A stretch of 62,577 nt of DNA, the filler included. It is 11 parts of 11 records of this genome, joined end to end, with 100 filler letters (N's around TTAATTAATTAA, not from the genome) between each part and the next. Parts side by side here need not be neighbours in the genome. Positions count along the whole stretch, not along the records: positions 1 to 3,521 come from SRR15195285_3095; positions 3,622 to 6,924 come from SRR15195285_3101; positions 7,025 to 19,133 come from SRR15195285_3103; 8 more parts are not named here. One strand, written 5' to 3'. Both the position numbers and the translations under genes were made by a program. Shown here piece by piece: positions 1 to 11,000 of the stretch (the first letter of the stretch is position 1; the number at the start of each line of letters is the position of its first letter). Below the pieces are notes generated by a model. That model worked only from the letters and a program-made list of their open reading frames with translations, had not been told where the DNA came from and did not search any database.

Positions 1-3000
1 AGGCAGTGTCTGATCCAGAACTTGACTGCAATTCTGATGCTACACACGTGTCGCTATTTACGGAGGCTGTCGTCGTTCAGTCAGCAGCAAAAGTGCGTCG
101 AAAGCGTTCTGGCGCGTTTGTCATCCAGTTTCACAAGTTTGACTTCGAGTGGGAGACGACATCAGTGGTCATACAACAGGTCTGCGTTGCTGCAAACTTG
201 CAGACGAGCCCACGTATATTTTGTTGTGTTCATGGTGTACAGCTGCATACAATGGACTTGCCGCTGTTTCAATCAGGTGCTGAAGGTAGCGAGGTAGTGC
301 GCTTGAAGTACGAGGCCGACACAGTTTTGCGAGAGGGATCTGAATACTCAACCTTGCCCCACAGCATCAACATTGATTTGGGTGCTTTGGATATGGAATG
401 GCATCAATCTGCCGTGCTATCGGCACTGCGAGCATTTGCTCGGCTGAATGGCCACATGCAGGAGCTCGAAGATGCGCTGGTAATACAACCGCAAAGGATG
501 CCTGAGGATTCAACGCAACTCGCAGAAAAAGGCTTGGCCCAAAAAATGTCGCACCAGGACGTGGTTTGCCCGAGGCGTTCGGCTATCGTGAAACTTCAAC
601 TCATGGCGGAACGGGTTCGAGCCAAAATGTTTCCTGGCACAGACGGAACGTCAGAATCGGCACTACTACAGGCGACGCTTGGAAAATGGAACCTGAAGCT
701 TGAGTACCGCATGACCGACGATTTCATCATCCGAACGGAACTAGACGAAATGCTCGTGCTCGATCAGGACGAGCGTACAATGTACCCCACTATCATTGGA
801 CCATTCGAGGAAGGAACAACGGTCTTTATCAGACTCGATGTAACCGCTGCACCGACCATCCCGCTCCGCATTGAGATGAAGGTGACCCCGTTCAAGGCTG
901 TATACTGCAGTGAATTTTTTGCCCACGTCATACAGTGCATCAGCGAAGCTCAACGACTGCGCACTGAGCTGATCGAAGCTGTTGGAGCAGCAAGGGCAGA
1001 AAAAGAAGAAGCCGGAACGCCCACTGCAAGTGGATTTGTTGTTCCAACCAGGCGGGTGTCCATTCAAAGATACAACGACGTCTTTGGAATGATCATCGAG
1101 CATGATGCAGTTGTCTCTGCTGTCAACTCGAATTCACATGCGGCTTCATGTGGAGTTCGGAGTGGTGACCAAATCGTGGAGGTGAACGGTACAGCTGTTT
1201 CCAATCGGCACGAAGTTGTTGCGCTCTTGCAGCAGTCTCAGAACGAGTTCACCCAGTTCGGCTTTTTACTAGGATGGCAATACTCGGTTGACAGCATTAT
1301 CGATATGCAGATGCCTGAGTTTCGATATGTTGAGAAGCGCAATTCTCGAGCAGCTACTGTTTTGTCATCGCAACGTGTTCTCGCTCGGCAGACGGGAAAA
1401 GACATTTCCATTTGCACAGCTGAGGATAGCGACGAGCTAATGCTTTCCCTTCAGCTTCTTGCCGACTTTGGTGGATGCACGGCACCGATTGCCGATTCAG
1501 AGCTGACGCTCTCTTCTCTGAAAGTTCTGTTGCCAGTTCCACGTAAGCAGGATGACACAAACATGAAGGTTGATGCTACGATGAACTTCGATGTGAAAGT
1601 GTGGAATCCGGTCAGTGCAACTTGGCAACGATTTGCCTACCTCGACGCCCTGCAGCAAGGACAAGTGCCGCCAGCGTTGCAGCTTCACTACAGATGTACT
1701 GCTGATGCGACAACCACTGTCCAAGTAACGACAGATAGCAGCGTTCCGACTCTGCGCATTTCTGCTGGTGTCATCGATTGGCTGGCGCAGGCCGGCCGTG
1801 CAGACTGTGTATGCAGCACGCTCGAGAACCGCTGTGGTGTACCGGTGCAGCTGTTCTGTCCGGACAACACCTCGAGTAAACTTCAGCCAAATGACACAGC
1901 TCAATTTGCCACAAAGCCAGGCCCTTGCAGATATCCAACAGATGTACACACAGCGGCGAGTCTGCCTGAGCTCACCATCTTCGTCGAAGGCTTCGAGCCG
2001 TCCGTTCGACTCTCGATTTTTGAAAGCTCAGACCGTCAGTACATCCTGACACGTTCTGACAGCGTGCAAGGAGGGCAGGGGCAGATCCGGATTGTCTGTG
2101 TAGTCGAAGTCACGAACGGAGCTGTTCGAGTGCAAGTGCGTTCGACTCTGGAGATTGTCAATAAGACAAACCATGACCTAGAGATCTTAACTGTTTTGGG
2201 CGGCGTGGAAGCCCATTCGGCTGGAGTCGTTGAAGGGTATGGCAAGCTCGACGTGCCGACGCTACTTGCTGGTGTTGACGAGTGTCGAGTTCGTGTTCCT
2301 GGAGTCAAGGATGACGCAGTTTCAGGGTCGCCCTTGCTTGTCGCAGACGGCCTAGCAGCGCAACAGCTAATGACTGTTTCTCTACCTGGCGGTTTCCATC
2401 TTCACTTTCGTGCCATCTCGAGCTGGACAACACATCGCAGAGTCACTCTCGAGCCAGCCTTTCATGCGACCAATCTGCTCGCCGAAAAAGCAATCATTGG
2501 CCTGCAGAAGACTGAGACGGAACAAGGCAAATCGCCGGAGTACGAGCGCGTCCAAGCGCGCGCAGGTGAGACGGTAGAGTTCTTCAGCGATCGACTCGGA
2601 GGATTGCAACCAGTGGATCTTGTTCTTCAGCTTTTGCCTGAAGGTCGATTCTCACCTGGAGCTATAACAAATCTCGACTCTTCGTCCAAGCGAGATGACG
2701 AGAATGAACAGCAGATCGTGTTGCTCGCTGCTAATGGTCTCACAAAATTGCGCATCAGCGTGCGTTTCAACACTCCGTATCATTTGGTCATTTTTGCACC
2801 ATTGTGGTTTTCAGACCGTACTATGCTACCTTCCTCGTGGCCTTTGCTGGTCAGTTGTCCTAGCCAGCACAGCGGCTCCGACACGGAGGTTGGATGGCAA
2901 CATTGGCCGGGGGTGGGCTCCAGAGAATCACTCGCAAGCGGCAAAGCATCACTCATTAGTATGGACACCGGCAACTTGGACAAACTGAATTTTCGCATCG

Positions 3001-3521
3001 GGTCCTCAACTGGGCGTGTTGTTGATATCTCTACGTTCAATGAGCAGACGCTTGAATGGAACGGGCTTTGTGCACTCCAAGCCATGATCAACCCGGCGCC
3101 ACTGGGTTTCAGAAGGACAAAAATGATCACTGTCCGACCGTACCGCGCAATTCAGAACACGCTGCAGAGAAAAATTTACCTGGGTACATCTGGTGACCCG
3201 TTGGTGTTGATACCTGGCTCGATTTCGCCGCTGTTTCATGATCTCAAGACGCCCTTACTTCTTGGATTATCGTTCACCAGACTTGACGGTAGCAATATAA
3301 TGTGGTCGGATCCCATTCGCATTCCGCCGGACCTGCTGGTGTCGAAGCGTGTTCCGGTCGCGGTCGCTGATCATATGATCTCGTGTGATATTCGTCTAGG
3401 CTCTGTGGAGGCAGCGCAGATGGTTGTTGTGTGCCCCCACGAAGATGACATTGATGCAGCTTCCCCAGATGACGCACGTTTCTTCACAGAATCTATGAGA
3501 GACTCTATGAGAGACTCTATG
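1..3521 (+). CDS. VPS13: VPS13-family lipid transfer protein (partial at both ends) with inserted PDZ domain
   Basis: 1187-aa open frame truncated by contig ends. It has VPS13 adaptor-binding (VAB/SHR-BD)-type repeats (VRSTLEIVNKTNHDLEI, TLEPAFHATNLL, LVIFAPLWFSDRT, RTKMITVRPYRAIQN), beta-groove-like segments upstream, and a PDZ (FGMII...GVRSGDQIVEVNG) at ~1050-1266. Confidence 0.75.
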
Positions 3522-3621
3522 NNNNNNNNNNNNNNNNNNNNNNNNNNNNNNNNNNNNNNNNNNNNTTAATTAATTAANNNNNNNNNNNNNNNNNNNNNNN
3601 NNNNNNNNNNNNNNNNNNNNN
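3522..3621. other. Artificial contig-join spacer (44N-TTAATTAATTAA-44N)
   Basis: Identical 100-nt spacer with stops in all frames. It recurs at 6925-7024, 19134-19233, 24178-24277, 27445-27544, 34394-34493, 38380-38479, 47603-47702, 53444-53543 and 59264-59363. Confidence 0.99.
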
Positions 3622-3814
3622 GATTTTAATCTGGGCACTGTGCTTGGAACCATGCTTGGAACCGCGCTCAGTCATCGGAATCGGTGTTTTAACAGGGACG
3701 TGTGGTCAGGACGTGCGTACTAGTATGCGTCGGACTCGCTCGCGATCGCACGCATCGTGCTCGTGCCAGGCGTGGTACAGTAGACGCGCCGGGGTACACC
3801 GACAGCAGACGTTG

Positions 3815-4552
3815 ATGCAGTGGGCGAGCTTGGCAGCCATCCTAGCAGTGTGCACGGCCCAAGGCGACGGTACCGGAGGGGGTGGTGGCGCTGGTGCCGC
3901 TGATACATCCCTTCCTGCATGTGCGAGCTCCGAGGCGCGCTGCAGCCGCTACTCCTTGATCAGCAGCGGCACCTGCGATACCACAGATGGGTGCCAGGCC
4001 ATTCTCGAGGAGGATGCATGTCGGGAGCTGCACACTGTGGTCGATATGGTGTTGTGCGTTGCGTCGCCTCCACGCGCACGCTGCGCCACTCTCCCTCATC
4101 TACGTTTCTTCGCTCCATCCGCCCACAGCGTGTTCCGACATAACAGCGGCTGACCCACGCGGCTCGCCTAATGCAGCCAAGAAGGCAACGGCCACTTTAC
4201 GATGGGCGTAAGCCAGCAAGATGCAGCCGCACCGGGCTGCATTAACTTCCCCAGGGCTGGTGCCAATCGTCACAAGTTCAATCCAAAAGCCGACTCGGCA
4301 GCACTGTGCAACGCGGATTACCAGTGCTTCTGCTTGGGCGACTGTGCGCCGATTGCTGCTCATCCTAACCCAAACAGCGTGTCTACTGAACCAGGCACGA
4401 GTGGTACCGGCGGCAACGGCGCTAGCGACGGCAACGCTCAGGGTGCGACAGAGCCCTCCTCGCCGCCTCTCGACCGTGCCAGCTCGAGTATGCTTGGTGG
4501 TCCCGTCGTAGCTGGGCTCGCGGCTGCAGCTGTGGCTGCAGCTGCTTGGTAA
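3815..4552 (+). CDS. Small secreted Cys-rich, probably GPI-anchored surface protein (2 exons)
   Basis: Exons 3815-4053 and 4177-4552. Intron GTGCGT...CTAATGCAG is phase-compatible and removes two in-frame stops. Signal peptide MQWASLAAILAVCTAQG, Cys-rich core, S/T/G/P stalk, hydrophobic C-terminus (MLGGPVVAGLAAAAVAAAAW). Confidence 0.7.
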
Positions 4553-4762
4553 TTGTTTGTTTGAATGTAAATTTTAGTATTGCAATAAGTCTTCGTCAGT
4601 GTACGCCACGTAGGGCGATGCCGGTGGATGCGGCTGCTCATTTTATTCCTTGCAAAATGCGCTCTGCATCATTCTGCTGTACTACTACCTGAGGTCAGCT
4701 AGTCTCATGGCTAGAAAACCATCATTGATGGCAACGAATGCCGAAATTAGACGCACCGACCA

Positions 4763-6924
4763 TCACGGGTCGTCCCGAGGTGGTGGCGGGATCCCTTCTG
4801 TGGGTCCATCAACTGTGGAGCGATCAGCAGTCCTTGGCAGGTATTGAATCAGCAGCGCAATCGTTTGTGCATCTTTGAGCACCATCGTAAGTTCTGCGGC
4901 CGGCCGATGGATCAGCGTCGGGGCTAGAACCTTGCCCAAATTGATCCCATTCATATAAGTCGTGTCCTCTGCGTCCGCAACTTGCTGCAGCAACGCAATG
5001 ATCGATCTCGCAAACGGTTTGTGCGTGAACTTGTTGAAGAATGCCTGGACCTCTGCTCGAACGTGCTCCTTGCTGTGTTGGCGGTTGTACAAGTCTGCGA
5101 TCGCCTCAGATGCACTGAGTAGCTTCTCGGGAATCACAGGAGTCTGCTCAACCATCGTGTATAGCCATCGTTTGAGTACCCCAGTCAGAACATGCACGTC
5201 GTGCTCATGTGACAACACGTGTCTGATCGCTGGCAACGAGTGCTGGGACCCCAGACGGCTCAGCTGGTCCTCCAGCGCCTGCACCTCAACGAGCGCCCCA
5301 CTCTCCCGAAAAAGTCCGGGCACGGCGAAAGCTTGCAGCTCGAACAGCCTGTTCGAAATTGCGGTGACCACCTGCGGCGCTATCGATGTGTCTTGTGCCC
5401 AGCGTATGGGGGCGTCCAGCGTCTGCCTCACCTGGTCCTTTGAACGCCTACTTGGCACCTCTCCTTTGTGTTCACCACGTCTGATTTGCGGTTGATTCGC
5501 CGCGAAGATGCTATCTTCATGATATGAGTTCGAAGCTTCCGGGTGAGACTTTGCGAAGCCGCTCCCATCGTTTCGGTTGTGCCTGGAGTAACTTCGCGGA
5601 AGCGTCTTGGCCGAGGCCTTATCAGCCTTCGGTTGGACGTTGCTGGCCGAGTAGTTCACAGGCATCTCGACAGGTCTACTCGATCGAGCCGCTAGATGAC
5701 TACTTGACAGGTTCCCACGAGGTAGTGTGCCTGTGCCACTTGTCTGCTGCGGTTGCAGTGGATCAGAGCCCTTAAAAAGGCTCACTTTCCCGAGGCTGAC
5801 TGCTCGAGAGTCAAGCGCTCTCACCTTGCTGGCAACCTTCATCGCCTGCTGGTGTTCGTTGGTTCTGCCACGAAACACGAGGCCAAGATTCAGCAACACT
5901 TCCGCCTGCTTTCGTATGTCGCCAAATGATGTAGAAAGACGCTGCGCTTTGTGCAGCTCATCTTTGGACCCCCGCAGTTCCTGGTATGTCTGTGCGCGGT
6001 GTGCCATTGCCAAACCTTTCAGGCTGATAGCTTCAGTGGGGTCCGTTCCAAGATGGGTACAGCCTTCGATCGCGGTCTCAAGAGAGGCCAACACGGCGTC
6101 AAACTCGTTTCCTGCAATCACACGTGAGTGAAGCCTAGAGTTATTCCTCCTATGACCTTTGCATTGACTTAATAGCTTGGAAACGTCAAGACTTGGGTCA
6201 AGTTGTCGTATATAGCCTATCAATCGCAGACTCGAGACGAATTCGCCAATGTCTATATGCATCATCGCAGCTTTTTGGAGAAACTGTATTCTGTGACAAG
6301 TGTCCATCGCCTTTGACACGAAGCACCAGCAACCGAGTGCGTCAGCAAGCATGGCGAGGCACAGCCCACAACCGGCCACCTTGTCCGTGCGTGCCACTCT
6401 CGCGTGGTGCCGTCGGTACTTGACAAATCGTCGACATGCTGTGAATATACCGAATGCCAGCCGATATTCCAATATCGTGTCATAAAGCCGCATATACTGT
6501 TCCCCAGATCCGGTCTGAGGCTGCACGAAATTAAGCGCTGCAACACGCAGTGCCCCCGCCGCCGCAGCAAAATCTTCCGTACTGAGAAAGCGTTTCGCTG
6601 CAAGTATATTTTGCAGCGCGTCTGCGCCGTGGTCCAAAGTAAGCACCGGGCCGTTTGCAAGCTGAGGCATTTCTACCAACCTTTTCGCAAGACTCTCTTG
6701 CTGTTGCAGCCGCTCATTATGTCTATGGAACTCTTCGCGGAATGCTTGGTTTGAATTGGCAGACCTCCCCACTGCTCCAGTACCATCGAGTTGGGCTTGG
6801 ATTCGGTCTTGGTCTGCATGCATGAATTTCCACATCTCACGAAACTCGTGGAAGTCCATTTCAGTGTCGCCCCCTGCATACTGCTCAAGCGCAACCATCG
6901 CCATCTCTTCAGCATCCTCGCCAT
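4763..6924 (-). CDS. RhoGAP-domain protein with N-terminal EF-hand-like motif and helical/TPR-like region (5' partial)
   Basis: C-terminal RhoGAP motifs: PGLFRESG (Arg finger), DVHVLTGVLKRWL, MNGINLGKVLAPTL. EF-like GGDTEMDFHEFREMW near the N-terminus. Frame is open to the contig edge. Confidence 0.8.
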
Positions 6925-8067
6925 NNNNNNNNNNNNNNNNNNNNNNNNNNNNNNNNNNNNNNNNNNNNTTAATTAATTAANNNNNNNNNNNNNNNNNNNN
7001 NNNNNNNNNNNNNNNNNNNNNNNNCGCTTGGTATATCGAGAACTCACTGAGAAATAGCGTTCACTCCGGTTCTGAATGTATACTGAATGTTACCATTGGT
7101 AGAATACTGTACGTGTAGATGTAGTGCTACCGTATTGTGTGTCCGGGTACACACAATTTATCGATAGTGTACACACTGGCCTACAGTACTAGATCTATTC
7201 ATAGTACGTACAGTACTGTATTGGCCTGCAGACGGTACCGGTACACGCACTCACACGCCGGCGGTGGGTCTGCTCTCATGCTCTGCCCGCTCTCCGCGAT
7301 GGGTGAGTCACTTCCGGTTTCTCACCACGCCCGGATCCACGCGGCATACTAGCTAGTAGTAGGATCCTACTATTGATAGATCTATTACATAGTACAACGT
7401 CATTATTGTAATGCACGCATGTCCATACTAGCTAGTAGATAAAACTACTACATAGTACAGTACCATTCATACAATTCAGTATACAATTTAGTAGTAGTAT
7501 AGTACAGCTGTACAGCTGTATGGGTTCGATTTTTGGTGTTGAGGAAGACGTCTTCTCGCTGCGTCCATTCAGGGGCCATTCAACGGTGACTCGAGTGACT
7601 ACGCCACCGTTTGCGCGCGCGGCTGCCTGCCTGCTCGCGCTGTGGGGTGACTCGCGCGCGCGCGGAACGTCGTAACCCCAGTATAGCGGCGAGCGCAGAC
7701 GGCAGTTGCGTTAGGCAACTGTTGTCCCCGGCCGGGGACGGTGCAGATAGAGGTGCAGCTGGCCTCTCTCTGGAGAGGTGCGATTAGCGAGGTGCCAGTT
7801 GATCCGTCCCGACGTCTCTGCGCCGGCGAATCACAGTGGGTGTAGGCAGTATGGCCGCGCGCCGCGGTAGGCCGTAGGCAGCGGCGGTTGTTCGATAACT
7901 GCGTATATAGAACGCAGCAGGGGCTGTAGTGGCTGGGGTAGCATGAGCGCTGGCCGCCGATGCTCCGGAGGTGTGGCGAGATCCCTAGGTAGTGATCTGC
8001 CCGGTGGCTGCGCGGCCATGGCACTGCGCGAGGCGGTCGTTGCGGCAGCCACGAGCTAGCGCCCGGC

Positions 8068-11000
8068 ATGTGCAAGGTTGTGGTCAAGCTATGCCTGTAC
8101 GGCTTCAATGTGGCCGTGTTTCTGGGCTGCCTGGCCGTGCTGGCAGTGCAGATCTTCGGAACTTCGGAAGGCCTGACGAGTATGGGCATCGTCAGCCCAG
8201 AGCTGGTGGTACTGGGCATCACGCTGGTCTGTCTGTGGGTGCTGTCCATCGTCGGGCTCGTCGGGGCGTGGAAAAGACGGGGCAGGACCCTGCGGATGTA
8301 AGGCAGCTGTCCGTTCAGCAGCTGGTGCTGGCACATCGTTGAATCCACTTGCGCTGACATCTGCCTGGGTCGCTGCGCGCAGGTACGCCTTCATGCTGCT
8401 GGTGCTGATTGTAGCGCAGATGTCGATCTTATGGGAGGTTTACCGCAACCTGGACTCTACGTTCACGGACCAGGTTGCACAGGTGCTCAACGGCCTGTGT
8501 TACGCTAGTGCAGAAGCAGCCACAGCTTCGGAAGCTGCTGGCTCGGTAGCTACGGAGCTGGCACAGGCTGCGGACGATGGCGCATCTGGGCAGAATATTT
8601 CCTGGGCTCCCCCTGGCCTGGCAGATTCTGGAATAGACGTCCCGCTGGCAACAGCGAACGATACGGTCGCTGCGTTAGACGATCAAGCATTCCGTGCAGT
8701 TGCGTCAGTTGTCGAGCAGAGCAGCCAAGCTCTGCGAGAATTGTGCGAGTGCACCGCGCTGAGCGTGCCTCGTCACTGTATATCGGAGTGGGTTGCTCGC
8801 CAGTGGAAGTATGCCTTGGGGTTAATAGGGCTCCTGTTCGCGTTCGAGGGCTTGTGCGCCATCTTGGCATGGTCGTTCGTGGAGGAGCTAGACCACGACA
8901 GGCTGGAAGCGAAGCAGCAGAAGAAGGAGAGGCGGCAGCAGAAGCCCAACGGTAAGGTGCGGAAAGCTAACAAAGCGCCGGGTTGGGGAGTTGTTTCGCA
9001 GTCACTGCAAACGATCACCACGCTTAGTGAGCCTGTGCTCAACAAGGCTCAGCACGAGGTGCGATCTCGTATTGGACAGTCACATTCGCTGCTAGCGCAC
9101 AGCGGTCGTCGTTGAAGAAATAGTTGACTGTGCTGTGTGTTGGGTTTGCTCAGACGGCGCTCCTAACCTCGACATGGTATTTCGAAAGCACAGTGCTCTT
9201 CGCCTGTCTGATTACGTTCCTCGTACTGGCCTTGCAGAGCAAGACCGTTCCACCTAGCGCGACACTACAGACCGTTATCAACATAGGAGAGTTGTTTTTC
9301 ACGCTCTTCTTGACAGTGGAGACCTTCATCCAGCTTGCGTTCAACATGACTCGCACAGAACGAGCACGCATAATGCGCGGCAAAATGCCGTGGCTGGTGA
9401 TGGATTTGGTGGCGCTAGTTTCGTCCTGGGGATATCTCGTGGCGCCATCGAAGGCTTTCTCGATCGGACGGGTACTGCGGGTACTGCGTCCAATCCACAC
9501 CCTGCGGATGCTACCAGATATTGACGAGATACTGCAGACTCTTGCCGAGGCGATGCCGCTCTTTGCAGACACGTGCCTACTCATTACTTTTCTCCTGATG
9601 GCATATAGTCTCATCTGCATGAGTCTTTGGAGTGGCGCACTCAGTCACCAGTGCGCACTGGAGCCTCCGCAGAGTTTTAGCGGGAACTTGTCACTGGGAG
9701 CTGGCCCGAGGCTCTCGAGCGCGAATGCAGTGACCAGCGCATCCAATTACACCGATGATACTGTGACGTCGTCTGTAATGTCAGTATATGTGACATACGA
9801 AGATCTGATTGAGTGTCCGGCGTGTCTCAAGTGTCCAACAGACGACGTCACCGGTGAAGCGTGGTGCAGGGAGCTGACTTCGCCAAGATTTGTTCGCTCG
9901 GAAGACTTCGGATTTTCTGGGTTCAACTGGTTCGTTCAGGCTATGTTAACCATGTTTGTGCAAATGACCGGTGACGGAGGAATGCAGGACATAGCGTTCG
10001 CGCTGGAAGACTCCCAGGCAATTCTCTCCCAAACTAGCTGGTTGCTGATGATGACTGCAGTATTGATATTGACGTTGCTGGCCCTGAACCTATTTTTAGC
10101 CGTTTGCTGCTCGGCATTTGATGACGTGCACGACCACATCAATTCGAAGATGCAGAATGCAATCCAGAACGAGCAGCACACCGTCGCTGTCACCCTGACG
10201 CGCACCGACGCCATCACGTTTCCAGATATTCTGGGCACCATTTCGAGTGCGGCGCAACAGGCGAAGCAATCGAATGCGAGCATAGCACTGCGTCTGAACG
10301 AAACGTCCGGAGCGAACAGTCACATCGAGTACAATTTAGAAGTTGAAAAAATTGACTGGACTGGGAGATCAAGTGTTGCCGGGTGCCGCAATTGCGCGAA
10401 AGGCTTAGTGCATTCAAGGTGCTTCAACGTGGTGCTAAATCTAGCTGTCTTGATGAACACTTTGGCTCTGATGGCCAACCACCACGGTATGCCCCCCGAC
10501 TGGGCTCCAAAAATTCTACTGGTTGAGTCGATCTGTGTGCTCATATACTGGTTTGAGTTGGCCGCGAAGATTCTCGGCCTTGGTATGAGCCTGTACTGGA
10601 AGAAGGCTGTTCACCGTCTCGACGTGTTTATTCTAGCTAGTGCATCATCTGGAATCTTTGCGCAAGCACTGGTTGTGGGGGCTGAGATGATTGGGTCAGA
10701 CGCAGCAGGACATGTCGTGTTAGCCCACCTGCACTCTTTCTCATCGATGAGGTTTGTGAGACTGTTGCGAGTGCTGCAGATGAGCCGATGGGTGTACTCA
10801 CACAAAGAGATGAGAAACCTGCTTGAAACTGTATTTGCTAGTTGGAAGCCGGTTGTCCTAGTAAGCATTTTTACGGTCTTTTCGACCGTTATGTTTGCAG
10901 TGATATCGATGCACCTATTAGGTGGATCGCTCGGGCCTAGCGCAAGAATTGACGACTACCCTCGTAGAAACGTCGAGACTTTCTGGCACGCGCTCTCGGT

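Noticed and set aside
3492-3521. 12-bp tandem TCTATGAGAGAC x2.5 at a contig end
   Set aside because: Short coding repeat (SMRD) at an assembly break; nothing further can be supported.
4151-4171. In-frame TGA and TAA between two same-frame ORFs, suggesting readthrough or an alternative genetic code
   Set aside because: Both stops lie inside a canonical intron (4054-4176).
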